In this document: positions 40,136 to 53,599 of the stretch, piece by piece
How the letters are laid out: each line of letters opens with the position of its first letter
Numbering within the stretch: position 1 is the stretch's first letter
From: Octopus sinensis
Lineage: Eukaryota
NCBI RefSeq assembly: GCF_006345805.1
Contig: NC_043014.1
Location: 26,412,001-26,476,000, forward strand
DNA length: 64,000 nt
Direction: 5' to 3'
Notes under the pieces: model-generated
Seen by the model: only the letters and a program-made list of their open reading frames with translations
Told to the model about the DNA's origin: nothing
Databases searched by the model: none
Translations under genes and position numbers: made by a program

Positions 40136-41224
40136 TATAGATATATATATATATTCATTCCTTTAAGTTTTTGAGTTCGCACTTAAGAACTCCTATGCTA
40201 TTATGTCGTCTACCGCCGAATAATTATGTTGTTACATTCGTTATTTCCAATTACGATGCTAGTAGCTGACGTACCTGTTTATTCCCGGGAAAGCGGTGCG
40301 TATCCCTTGGTTCCGTTCTCATAATTGTTTTGCTAAACCAATTACAACAATACAAAGTATGTAGCCATTAAAACGGTTTTTTCTAATATTTAATGGGTGT
40401 ATATACATGGTTCAAAAACTATTGGTCTGTTATCAGTACCACCTCCAATCCGTCAACTATCTACGAACCCATTCCAAAACTACCCATAATGTTTAGCAGT
40501 GTAACGCTATTCAATACACTTATTTATATAGTATACAGGAAAAATGAATAGAAATGACTTTTCTGAGAATTATTACGCTTTAATAACTAAATATTGCGAA
40601 TTTCTCGCTTAAAAGCGGCTTTCGAACTGATATTTTAGTTACTTTACTACAGTCTAGGTAGGGCTATGGAACTACATGCGCGCGCACGAACACACACATA
40701 CATGCATATATATATTTACATACAGACACATACATACATATATATATTAAACTGGTTTTTATAAATATAATGATAATAATGACAACCTACATTGCTAGAA
40801 ACAAGAATCAAAGACCCTTATAGCCACAAACATAGCACATGTCTATTACAAACAGAGGAGCTAACCACTCCACAATGAGCGAGGGTACTATATTGGTAAG
40901 CTAATTTCGCAGTACTCATTAGCAGTACTACTCTATCGCTGATAGTTAAGTCAAATCCTACCAGTCGGTATAAAGATTTTACCATAAGAATCAATGGCTG
41001 ATTCAGCAAAATGGTAATGTGAAACTTATAGAATAATAAAAGTGGTTAGAAACTTATAGAATAATAAAGGTGGTTAGACGCAATATAAAACCATAAAGGA
41101 AAAGTTCAGTTGTCCCTAATAGCGACTGAGGGTGCAAGGTAGCACCTACATTACTAGAAACAGAAGTCAAAGATACTTATAGCCACAAACATATATGTGT
41201 ACAATACATTTGCTTGTTGTTTAC

Positions 41225-41850
41225 AGACCCGTCTTCGTCTTTTGTTTTTTTTTGTTGTAAATACTCCCTATATACATATAGGGAGAATTCACGAAAAAAT
41301 CAAAAGACGAAGACAGGTGGTGTAGAAAATAAACAGATGCATTAGTATAACGCTCGAGAATTGAAAAAGTCTTTGACGTTTCGAGCCTACGCTCTTCCAC
41401 AGAAAGGAACACAGAAAGAAACAAGGAAAGAAAAAATGTGTGTAGTGGCTACTGAGCTATCATGTCGAATGCCGGACAGAAGGGTCACACAGGAGAGCTA
41501 AGAAGTAGGGGAGATAACAAAGTTGTAGTGATCCTAAAACGAAGGTGCGCGTGTGTATAAGAGAGTATGCATGTGCGTATGAAAGAGGGCTGGTGATCTT
41601 GACGTGTACGTGTGTGTATGTGTAGGTGTGAAAATGTGGGGATAGGGATTGGTCAGTGCTGGTGTGTGCGTGGTGGTGTGTTGCAATGTAATGTGTTATG
41701 TGGTATGGTGTAGTATGGTTGGTGTGATGGTGTTGGCAGGTGGGGGAGGCGAGAGTGGGAAAGCAGGGGTGGGGTGTGGGTTAGGATGAGGGTTGGGGTA
41801 GAGGTGGGGTATGTGGGTAGGCAGAGGGTGGGGGTAGAGGTGGGGTACTC
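41225..41850 (-). mobile_element. Copy of the PLE terminal segment with a short inverted end
   Basis: 41281-41530 aligns with 11445-11730; 41228-41270 is an inverted copy of the element end. Confidence 0.65.
41370..41407 (-). ncRNA. Minimal hammerhead variant, CUGU-G-GA core
   Basis: CCTTT-CTGT-G-GA-A-GAGC(GTAG)GCTC-GAAAC-GTC/AAAGA, GUC cleavage triplet. Confidence 0.65.
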
Positions 41851-42355
41851 ATATTTACATTGGTTCTTTTGCCATATCTGTGGCAGAATGGTTGTATCCT
41901 AAATGTTTGAAATCTATGCGGTCATCTGACGGGAACGGATTCTTTCAAATGATATAATGTTTTCATCAATCGATTAAAGGGTTCGTTTGAAACGGCCGTC
42001 ATGAATTGACACCTGTACATAGACAAATGGATAGATAGATAGATAGAGAAACAGACAGACAGAGAATGAAAAAGAGAGAGATAGATAGATAGATAGATAG
42101 GACATGGATATATGTACTCACACTCTAACCTATGCACAAACACACACACACACACATATATACACCCAATCACATATACTCATACATACTTACACATACA
42201 TGCACACAAGTGTGTGTATAAAAAAGACGGGGAATGAAGTAGATTAAAAAAGTCTAGATTGGTCCCAAGACCCCTGGATATACGTGTGCTTCTGTGTGCG
42301 TATCTATATGTGTGTGTGTTTGTGATTATGTGCGTGTGTAGGTGTGTAACAGGAG

Positions 42356-42391
<36 letters not shown>

Positions 42392-42433
42392 CATACATGC
42401 ATATATATATATGAATATATGTATATGTATGTG

Positions 42434-42465
<32 letters not shown>

Positions 42466-42530
42466 CATGTATGTATGTATGCATGTATGTATGTATGTAC
42501 GCATCCTCTCTGGGTTTATTTCCTCGTGTT

Positions 42531-42568
42531 TCTTTCTGTTGAAGAGCGTAGATTCGAAACATAAAAGA
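42531..42568 (+). ncRNA. Decayed copy of CUGU hammerhead variant
   Basis: TCTTT-CTGT-T-GA-A-GAGC(GTAG)ATTC-GAAAC-ATA/AAAGA; stems II and III carry mutations. Confidence 0.5.
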
Positions 42569-42677
42569 CTTTCTCACCTCTCGAGCGTCAAACTAATACA
42601 CCTAATTGTTGTTTATAACTCTGTTTTCGTCTTTTATTTTTCTGTCAATTCCAACTATATATATATATATATATATA

Positions 42678-42731
<54 letters not shown>

Positions 42732-43307
42732 TATATATGCATACGTGTACATGCGGGTGTGAATGTATGTTTGTATATATATATATGTGTGGAGTGTGTG
42801 TGTGTGTGTGTGTATGTATGTTTGTATATATATATATATATATATATTACACGTATAATTATTTATGTAAATGTAGGGTCGATGAAATGAAGCTACTAAG
42901 TGCAATAAAAAGAGGTAATTATGGAGTGAAGAATAGTATGTCTTGTGTAAAAAGATAGTAATTAACTTGAAATTATAGGAAAATAGGAGTCTCACAAGCA
43001 CTATCTTAAAACGTTTAAAATATATGAATAGGCATACACACTAACACGCAAATACATATATAATTATATACATTTGCATATATTTTTGCACACACACACA
43101 CACACACACATATTCAATATTGATCATAGGAATAAATCTGTCAATATTTCTCCACTTTAGAACAATTGAAATTTAAAACATCTGCTGCAAAACTGGATTA
43201 TAATCTATTTATCTATCAATATGTATGTATGTATGTATAGAGAGTGAGAGAGGGGAGGGAGAGGGAGAGAGGAAGAGGGAGCTAGATATAAATATATCTA
43301 TTTATAT

Positions 43308-43345
<38 letters not shown>

Positions 43346-43472
43346 TAGATACATACATATAAATACACATATATGCATACATGTATATATGTATGTATGT
43401 ATGTATATATACATATATATAAGCACATTTATCTTTAAATCGTTAATTGATTCAGCTTCAAAGCTTCGTCCG

Positions 43473-43575
<103 letters not shown>

Positions 43576-44024
43576 TCAATTAAATCATTTAGGCTAGTAA
43601 AAATTTTTTGAACTATATGTTCAAAATTTTTTTACTACCCCAAATTGATTAATTGATTATTTTCTGGCTAATTCTGAGATTGAATCGGCAGTTTATATTT
43701 GCTGCTGACAAGATTGGCGCGATTGCGCTGGTCTTCGAAAATTTTAAGACAGATATTCCAGAGGCTTCGATGCGTTAGCCTCGTGTATATTTGCCTCTAC
43801 CAAAGGTTTCTTTACTGACGAAGCGTGACCTATGGTAGATTAGCTTAATTTAATTTAATTAAGCTGGTCTATCATTAAAACGCAGAAACGATGCATCGTC
43901 TAAAGAATGAATTAGGGTAAACGTTTTTAATTTTTCACCTATTTCCGAATTATATTACTTTGCGGTTAGAGTTATGGCTGCTCTGTCTAGTGGACGAATG
44001 GCCTGTTAAGCGATTCCTAAATTG

Positions 44025-44076
<52 letters not shown>

Positions 44077-44205
44077 CAAATTTAAAGGAATGAAAGATGA
44101 AGACAGGTGAGGGAACATCAAGCAGCTGTATTAGCTTTTCGTTCAGGAAGAATGAAAAAGTGTCAGAGAGAATATATATATGCGTGTATGTGTGCGTGTG
44201 TGATA

Positions 44206-44419
44206 GGCGCAGCAGCGGCTGTATAGTAAGTAGCTTGCATACCAACCACATGATTCCTAGTTCAGTCCCACTGCGTGGCACTTTGGGGCAAGTGTCTTCG
44301 GGCAGACCAAAGCCTTGTGAGTGGATTTGGTAGACGGAAAGTGAAAGAAGCCCGTCGTATATATATATTTGTGTGTCTGTGGTTGTCGCCCCACCACCAC
44401 CACCATTGCTTTACAACCA
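44206..44419 (+). mobile_element. Second tRNA-derived SINE family (5' half)
   Basis: GGCGCAG..GGCTGT..AGTAAG..GCTTGC..CCAACCACATG..TTC..AGTTCAGTCCCACTGCGTGGCAC. Other copies or fragments lie at 46936-47149 (+), about 36330-36640, 37430-37660 and 38500-38770 (-), and about 18230-18450 (+, 3' half). Confidence 0.75.
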
Positions 44420-45085
44420 ATGTTAAAAGTAACCTTCCCCACTTATTTCGTCTAGCTATCGAAAGGATATTCCCATTAATTCCAGGTACGACTCAATTTT
44501 TAACACACACCGTATCAAAATTGACTTCTCCAACAATAGTAACCTCTTGCAGGCTATATCATCACATAACAACTATATTCTTAAAAGTAATAGAATCTCT
44601 CTTAATAACTGTAATAACATTAATAATATTAACGATAATATTACCGATAATCTCTCTTTGCATGATAATATAATGATATTAGTCCTTGCAATTGTGGACC
44701 GAATTAACTTCCGTCCTCAATGGAAATTAACGTATTAAAAATGCCGTTTACTAAAGCAATATTACTTCTGGAACTAAGGAATTCTTTTATATTGGACTAT
44801 CTTCGACGAAATTGAAATCCCGTATAGCGAGCCATTTTTCTACTTTAAAATACAGTTATAAGCGTAATTCTAAAGGACTTATTAAGCTAATTTGGCGTCT
44901 TAAAGATTCTAGTAAACTTTTTTCTTTATATTGGAACATTTTATTCAGATCATTCCCCTATGGCAAAGGGAAATCTTTTGGACCTCTCTTTACGGACGAG
45001 CAACTATCTATCCTTTTTCTAGGCATAAACTGATAAATACCTTTAATGAACGAGTTTATAGGTGTTTACATTGGAAAAAAAAGTG
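44420..45085 (+). mobile_element. PLE thumb-linker-GIY-YIG fragment
   Basis: SNLPHLFRLAIERIFP...PCNCGPN...KNAVY...FYIGLSSTKLKSRIASHF...KGLIKLIWRLK; related to 30600-31790. Confidence 0.8.
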
Positions 45086-45269
45086 CCGGAAAGGGATGAG
45101 AGGCGAAAGATGGGGAGAGAAAAAATGTGTGAGAATTAAAGCCTTAACATAATAGAAATGAGCGGTACATCCAACCATCCATCCATCCATACATACATGC
45201 ATATATACATACATAAATACATATATACATATATACATACATATATACATACGTACATTCATACAAATA

Positions 45270-45700
45270 AGAACCCACAGTATGATAGAAGCCATAGTCA
45301 CTCTTAATAAGGAATACTGGTGGAATATTCCAGTGAAAACCTCAATAAATTGTAAATACAATAGACCTGATGTAATGATATGGGATTGAGAAGAGAAACT
45401 GTGTGCAGTTGTGAAAATCAGCTGCCCAGCGGATGTTAGTATACTGCTGAAGATCTGTGAAAAAGAGAATATTTACGCTGAACTACTGAGAAATCTGCAG
45501 TTACTCCATCTAAATTACAATTTCAGGCTTATAACTGTAATTTTGGGGACAACGGGATATATAACACACTGCCTAAATACCAGTCTTGTGAAATTAGGCT
45601 TCTCGAAACCAAAAAAGAGAAACCTGATTTGAAGACTACAGATCCAAGCCATCACTGGAACTGTTGAAATCTGCAACACTTTCGTGAATTTTATCATTTA
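45270..45700 (+). mobile_element. R4/Dong-like non-LTR element 3' end (restriction-like endonuclease)
   Basis: WWNIPVKTSINCKYNRPDVMIWD..V(K)ISCPAD..EKENIYAELLRNLQLL..VILGTTG; further copies at about 51185-51345 (-) and about 52993-53268 (-). Confidence 0.7.
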
Positions 45701-45974
45701 AGTATATATGAGATATGAATGTATAGGCATGAGAATACATACATAAAACAAAACATACAAATTTGCACGTATACATACATGCATGTATACAGACTCTGTT
45801 GATGTAGTTCAAATTCTAATGAAGGAGCCTTGCATCTAAGTTAGAAACCGGTTCTTTCTCTATCAGCAAGAAATTTTGAAATAAAATTGTATAATAACAT
45901 ACTCACATACATATATACACCCATAAAAGCGGGGTACTATAATATATAAGAGAAAGTTCCTTATATTTTCGAAC

Positions 45975-46300
45975 AAAGGCACTCATCAACATATCTATTA
46001 TTCTGTAGATATGTCACTGTTCTTGAGAGAATGCCCATAAATATCTTGCCAGCCACATTTAATAAGGATATCAGACTAAACAGTTTTATACTCTCTGCAT
46101 TGGCTTCCTTTCGCAGGTATATGCCTTCTGCTTTACACCAATCCTCTATGAAAGTCTGTTCGCGCCAAAGCTGTCGGAGAAGAACAAAGAGCTTTTCCGT
46201 AGACGTTGCAATACTTATACACTTTGTATGAGATACCATCACTTCCTGGACACTCCTTTTGCAAACAACTCGCAAATGCAAGTGCTAACAGTTAAAAGCT
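45975..46300 (-). mobile_element. Hero/NeSL-like RT fragment
   Basis: LWREQTFIEDWCKAEGIYLRKEANAESIKLFSLISLLNVAGKIFMGILSR. Confidence 0.65.
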
Positions 46301-46439
46301 ATTAGTAGAAAGCACCTCATATAGTGGAGTACCGCCTTGAAGGGTTTTATTGAAATAAATCGACGCCAAGACTTATTTTTTAAGCCTAGTACTTATTCTG
46401 TGATAATGGCTGTGATAATTTTGTATCATCGGCGTAGCT

Positions 46440-46860
46440 AGTGACAGTGGCTGTCCAAGTGACCACAGGCAGGTCTAAGTGGGCTTTTATGAACAGTAAT
46501 GGTCCCAGAACAGTTCCCTGGTGGATGCCACTTAGGAATTGAGTTTTTGAGTTTCTTCAGAAAGGGCACCATTGACTGCCACTGACTAACCTCTGTCATT
46601 ATGCATTATGGAAGCCATGCAGCCATTCTCCCAGATTACCAGCAATGCCAAGATCGCGCAGCTTATGACATGATATCATAATCTAGCTTGGCTAAGTCAA
46701 GGTACATGGCGCTAACATCTGAATTGCCAATCAGCTGTTTCAAAACCAATTCATAGTGGTGTTAGAGCTGCGTGAGGCAGCTTCTTCGCAGACGAAAGCC
46801 ATGCTGTGTATAGTTCAGTAGATCATTTTCTTCTAGGAATATTATCAGTTTCTTTCTGAT
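46440..46860 (-). mobile_element. CR1-like RT fragment
   Basis: LLNYTQHGFRLRRSCLTQL..YLDLAK..LRDLGIAGNLGEWL. Confidence 0.7.
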
Positions 46861-47149
46861 GATGCGTTCTATGATTTTACTTATGTGTGAAGTCAGAGAG
46901 AATATATATATGCGTGTATGTGTGCGTGTGTGATAGGCGCAGCAGCGGCTGTATAGTAAGTAGCTTGCATACCAACCACATGATTCCTAGTTCAGTCCCA
47001 CTGCGTGGCACTTTGGGGCAAGTGTCTTCGGGCAGACCAAAGCCTTGTGAGTGGATTTGGTAGACGGAAAGTGAAAGAAGCCCGTCGTATATATATATTT
47101 GTGTGTCTGTGGTTGTCGCCCCACCACCACCACCATTGCTTTACAACCA

Positions 47150-47830
47150 ATGTTAAAAGTAACCTTCCCCACTTATTTCGTCTAGCTATCGAAAGGATAT
47201 TCCCATTAATTCCAGGTACGACTCAATTTTTAACACACACCGTATCAAAATTGACTTCTCCAACAATAGTAACCTCTTGCAGGCTATATCATCACATAAC
47301 AACTATATTCTTAAAAGTAATAGAATCTCTCTTAATAACTGTAATAACATTAATAATATTAACGATAATATTACCGATAATCTCTCTTTGCATGATAATA
47401 TTAATGATATTAGTCCTTGCAATTGTGGACCGAATTAAACTTCCGTCCTCAATGGAAATTAACGTATTAAAAATGCCGTTTACTAAAGCAATATTACTTC
47501 TGGAACTAAGGAATTCTTTTATATTGGACTATCTTCGACGAAATTGAAATCCCGTATAGCGAGCCATTTTTCTACTTTAAAATACAGTTATAAGCGTAAT
47601 TCTAAAGGACTTATTAAGCTAATTTGGCGTCTTAAAGATTCTAGTAAACTTTTTTCTTTATATTGGAACATTTTATTCAGATCATTCCCCTATGGCAAAG
47701 GGAAATCTTTTGGACCTCTCTTTACGGACGAGCAACTATCTATCCTTTTTCTAGGCATAAACTGATAAATACCTTTAATGAACGAGTTTATAGGTGTTTA
47801 CATTGGAAAAAAAAGTTCTTCCGCTTTTTT
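47150..47830 (+). mobile_element. Duplicate of the 44420-45085 PLE fragment
   Basis: Near-identical sequence. Confidence 0.8.
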
Positions 47831-48290
47831 TTAAAATAATATCTACCCCTCACCTAATAATAATTTCTGCAACTTATCTTTGTTCTTTATTCTTACTTCC
47901 CACAACCCATGTTTTTCCCTTCATCGTTTCTTTCCATCTATTATCTCTTTTACTCGTTCCTCTCTTTCTCCTTTAACTTTGTTCTTTTGTTCCCTATCTC
48001 ATCCTCTACGCCTTTACTTCTTCCCTCAACCTTGGCGCCTGTTTCCTCAACAGCATTTTCAAATTCCTAGCGTTCCCTTCACTACTTCGCTTTCCATATA
48101 TGTATATACGTGTATGTTTGTAGTTGTTCCTGCATGTGTGTATGTGTATCTGTTTATGTGTATAAGTGCGTATGTGTATATGTGTATACACGTATGTTTA
48201 TGTATATGTATACATATACATATATATATATATGTGTGCGTGTGTGCGTGTGTGTCTATGTATGTATTATCTATCTATATAATATATATA

Positions 48291-48332
<42 letters not shown>

Positions 48333-48418
48333 TGGAGTTTCTTATATGTGATAAAATGTCTGATGAGCACCGTAGTTTATATCCTCCCTGATAAGATTGA
48401 TGCATTGCTCAACATTAT

Positions 48419-48468
48419 TCATCCTGTCGGATGTATTTTGAATGCATCCTCGAAACATATGTCGATGA
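48419..48468 (+). ncRNA. Degenerate hammerhead (damaged CUGANGA)
   Basis: TCATC-CTGTC-GGATGTAT(TTTGA)ATGCATCC-TC-GAAAC-ATAT-GTC/GATGA. Stem I is TCATC:GATGA, stem III is the ACATATGT palindrome, and the site is GUC. Confidence 0.4.
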
Positions 48469-48663
48469 TGTGAAGATATAAATGATTTCATAACATCTTG
48501 ATCGTTTGTCTCCATTTTCAATTTTTCCTATGTTCTCCTAAATACGTCCCGCTTTTCCCTGGAATTAACGCCCACACAAATGTGATCATTGATTCCTAAT
48601 GCACTTGAGCAACATTTGGCTACCTTGTAATTATTCTCATGGATCTTTCCTATAAATTGATAA

Positions 48664-48754
<91 letters not shown>

Positions 48755-48756
48755 AG

Positions 48757-48817
<61 letters not shown>

Positions 48818-48845
48818 TCTAGCTATATATATATATATATATATA

Positions 48846-49850
48846 CAGGGTGTCCCCCCCAAAATGTGTACACACTTTAGCAGCTGATTACTCAATTGTT
48901 GTTTTTCGCTCCAGAATAAACCCACTGGAATTAATGATGGCAGTCAGACTAAGCTTTGAACAAAGGAAAGCCTTTCTAAAATGCTACTGGAAGTGTGAAA
49001 ACTCAGTTGAAGTGCATAGATAGTTTAGGAGGGAGTTTCAAAGAGATCCACTAACGCGACTCACCATCACTCGAATTAGAAATAAGTTTGAAGCTGATGG
49101 AATTGTTCAGAATGTCCACGATAAACATTCTAGAAGACCACGAACATCAACAACCCACCACAGAGCAAGAAGGAATACTGGAAACAAATCACAAAGTCCA
49201 ATGTGTGCGACAAGCGAGTCGTGTGATAGGTATTTTAAGATCGTCTGTCCAACGCATTTTGAAGCGTTGTCAATAGAAAAGTTACATTCCAAGATTAGTC
49301 TAAACTATTAATGACGATGATCCAGACCAAAGACTGCAGTATTGCGAGTGGTACTGGGCACGATGAGTAGAAGATGCACACTCTCCAACATATATTGTGT
49401 GGAGTAATGAGGCCACATTCAAATTAAATGGTTCAATTAACCTCCACAATTGCACCTACTGGGGAGCTGAGAATCTGCATGTCATGGCGGACCACCATGT
49501 TAATTTACCAGGAGTTACAGTGTAGTGTGGCTTATCATCAAGAGGATTAATTGGCCCATTCGTCTTTGATGCTACTGTGACTGGTCCTATTTACTTGAAC
49601 TTGCTGCAAAAGCCTGTCATGCCAAGTATTAGAGAAGACTTTAAAGATGAAGAGTTATATTTTCAGCAATATGGGGCACCCACATACTACCATCGCTATG
49701 TTAGATCCTTCCTTGATAAGATCTTCCCAAACAGGTGGATTTGACGAAGAAGTTTCGTTGAATACCCTCCGCTTTCACCAAACCTCATACCTCTAGACTT
49801 TTTCTATGGGGATACCTAAAAGACAAAGCTGCAACACTCGCTGACAGATG
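48846..49850 (+). mobile_element. Decayed IS630-Tc1-mariner transposon, DD41D (rosa/VS-like)
   Basis: TA|CAGGGTGTCC left end; MAVRLSFEQRKAFLKCYWK...WS(N)EATF...FQQ(Y)GAP-41 aa-SPNLIPLDFF; internal stops; right TIR not found. Confidence 0.75.
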
Positions 49851-50885
49851 TGATACCTTACTGTACCTGTTTCGAATCTGTCTGAGTTCAAATAATACCG
49901 TTTCCAACCACCAGGAAAAAAGAAAAAGAAAGGCGGGTACTGAGAGACTCGGCAAAAATAGTGATAATGTTGAGAAGTCCTTAAGCAAGTGACCAAGTAA
50001 TTTTGTTAATCGCTCTCAATAAGTTTCCCGTCCAGACTAGTTTATTATTAACACTTCAGCGCCACCAACAACTAATTCTCTGTATTGTTTGAACCAGATT
50101 TCTTGCAGTAATAAATTTTAATTTCATCCACATTCCAAACACCAAGTCTTTTTGCAATAGTTGGCAATAACACATTGTTTATTTCTTTAATTTTCTTTTC
50201 CTGATATGCGAAGAAACTTGTACAGAACAGAAGTGTCGACTTAGTATTTAATACGATCAACTTTAAAAAGGCTAGCTACAGAGAAGTATTCGGTGAACTA
50301 AAAAAATATCGAAAACATTACCCAAACATGACTAGTAGTAGTTTAATTAAATAGTCAAATATAGGAGATAACTCTGGACAAGTGTTGTATTTATTCCCGT
50401 CTCATCAGTCGGCGAAGCAAGGGACAAAAATCTCACCAGAACAAAAGGATACAGGTTTAGAATATAAAATACACTCGTTGATGGAACTGATAATGAAAGG
50501 AAAGTTCTTTTAGTCATCGCATATGGTCACTTTCTAAAAGAATTTAGGACTTTTACCTTCCTGTTATGTGAATAGACAGATGCATGAATATCACTCCATT
50601 CTACTTGTCAATGTTGACTGACAGCTTTTATGCGTAGGAGGATGTTGGTTGGTTTGTTGGGTGATAATTTGGTTCATTGAACCCGTGTATACAAACATAT
50701 GAAGACCAGATAAAGTATATGAAAAGTATACGTATATGTGGTTTACACGTCACATTTTCCAGATGTAGCCTGAATTGTCTTTGAATGGAGGGGTAGGTGT
50801 GCGTGCGCACGCGCATGTGTGGACCTTTGTGTGTGTATGTGCGTATAAGTGTGCGTGTATGAAAGAGAGAGAGAGAGGAAGTGAC

Positions 50886-50926
<41 letters not shown>

Positions 50927-53599
50927 GTGAGTGAGTGGAAGTGCGTGAAATTTGTTTTTTTTCAGTCTGCACACACGTCTAAAATGTTTAGTTTAATGTT
51001 CATGAATGTGATTCAGTATATGTGTATATATAAGTGGGTCTATGTATGTATATGTGTGCGGACACGTATTGTTCTACGAATGCCTGTGTGTCTCTGTCTG
51101 TGATTATGCGCATGCGCATGCATGAGCTGATAGAGATGTGAAGATGTGCATAATTTTTTGTTTACATCATGTGGGTCAATCTACATGCGTGTGTGTTCCA
51201 GTGTTGAATCTGTAATCTGTAGTCTCCGAATCAGTTTTCTTCTTTCAGGTTTTGAGAAGCTTAATTTCTCAAGATTAGTATTTAGACAGTATGTTACATA
51301 TCCCGCTGCCCCAATAGTTACAGATATAAACCTGAATTGTATGTATGTTATTATCCAGCTTTATTTTAAGGTTTCTAGGCAATAGAGAGAGAGAATCGTT
51401 TTCTAACCTAGATCCAAGATTCCGTCGTTGAAATTTCAACATCAACAACAAAGAATTTTGATATGTATGTATACATGTATGTATGTATACAGGTATGTAT
51501 GTATGTATGTGTGTATGTATGTATGTATGTTTGTTTGTATTGCATGCATGCCTGTATGTATGTATGTTTGTTTGTATTGCATGCATGCCTGTATGTATGT
51601 ATCTATGTATTTATGTATGTATATATGTATGTATGTATGCTTGTATGTATGTATGTATGTATGTATGCTTGTATGTATGTGTGCAGATTTGTATGTTTTG
51701 TTTTATGCCTGTACTAGCTGAATAGCTCGTTGTTGCCGACCAATTTTTACAGCTGAATGTCTTATATAAATTTTTGTTTATTCCATATCAGGCCTTTTCC
51801 TTTTTCAATTATTTACTTGTTTATTGGGCCGTTCCACATGATTTTATTAGTTAAAACTTATTAAAACTTCAGAAGTTCTTACAACTTTCGTTGTCGTAAT
51901 GCTTTGCTTTCGTTTGTTTAATAAAATGTCCTCCTCGTAGTGATTTTGCTTTCATTTTGTGATAGACAGCTATCATGCAGAAAATGTCAGCTTCCAAATC
52001 CTGTTTTCTAATAAGGTAAAATTGATTAAAGTTTAAACCTTAGTAACATTTTTCTTCAATTTTTCTGGAACAAATATTAACAAAATCGGATTTAACTTCG
52101 AAAACTATTTCAATAAATCAATTTGAAAATTTTGAAGTAATTTTAAAATTTCACTATATGTGACAGCTACAGGGAAAACCTCACAAAATTAGAGGAAAGA
52201 CAGTTATAGGATGTGCCACACTCACACACACACACACCACACACACACACACACCACACACACACACACACACAAACGCACGCGCATACACACGCACACA
52301 CACACACACACTGAAACACAAATACATTTACAAACGTACACGCAAGTAATTAAAATGATGTATAATAGACATAAGTCTGTATGTACGTATATATGTATAT
52401 GTATGTATGCATATATGTATGTATGCATGTATTTATGTATGTGTGTCTGTGTGCGAGTGTTTCTTTGTGATGGACACCAGAAAAGCCACTTAAGAGCTAC
52501 ATATTCCTCACGCCCACCTCCTTCTGCGTTTTAAAAGTTACTTATGTGGATGTGTATGTTTGTGCGTATCTATATATTTACAAAAGTATGTATGCAGTGT
52601 CGCGTGTATATACGTGAATGACAGCTGTATTAACGTTATCATCCCACTGCTACTCCATATTCGTCGCTTGCACAACGCTGTACTCCCCTTTCCTGATATC
52701 AGTCACACTCACTATGCCACCACATTTCCCTCTCACTAATACTCTTTGCACCCTTCTCTTTATATCAAATAATAGCCCAATCCCCATAGGGGTCCCATTA
52801 TAGATTTTTATATTGAAATCCAGCCAGCCTATAATTGAACAGAATGTTAGTTTAACGTATGCATAGTTTCGTCAAGATTAGTTCACTCGTGTAGGCAGCA
52901 AGATGGTAACAGACAGATCGACAGACAAAAGTTGCCATTTATGTATAAGATTCTCATACATATAGTTGCATATCTAGACCTGCTCATATATATTTAAATG
53001 ATAAAGTTCTGGAAAGTTTTGCAGATTTTTACAGTTCCAGTGATATACTGGATCTGTAGTCTTAGAATTAGCTTTCTCCTTTCTGTCTTTGATAAGTCTG
53101 ATTTCTCATGATTTGTATTTAGGCAGTGTGCTACATATCCCAGAGCCTCAATTATTGCAGGTATAAAGCTGAGCTTGTGATCTGGATAGAGTAATTGCAG
53201 ATTCCTCAATAGTTCAGCGTAGGTATCCTCAGCTTTATGTTAATATCCGCTGGGCAGCTAATTTCCACATATGTATGTATGTATGTATGTATGCTTGTAT
53301 GTAAGAGTGCATTACCTTTTTGCGATTATACATGTAATCTTGAATACATTTATATATATTTATATGTATAGATGTATGTAAATGCATGCCTAAGTAACCA
53401 TGCTTGTCATTGCATTTATGGATTTTCATACTATTACTTATGTATGTGTAAGTTTTCATGTCTAAAACCGCAGACATTTTGCCTATGTCAAAAATAGAGA
53501 GTAAATTTCTGGAATTTTGTGCATATGTTCATAGCTTCAAGGATGGCTTGTAATGGTTAGCTCCGTAATTAGCCTCGTCCTTTACCCAGCTTGCGCAGA

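Noticed and set aside
41020-41080. Short direct repeats (also at 26380-26500) resembling a CRISPR array
   Set aside because: Only two adjacent units, no unique spacers, no cas genes, and a eukaryotic context.
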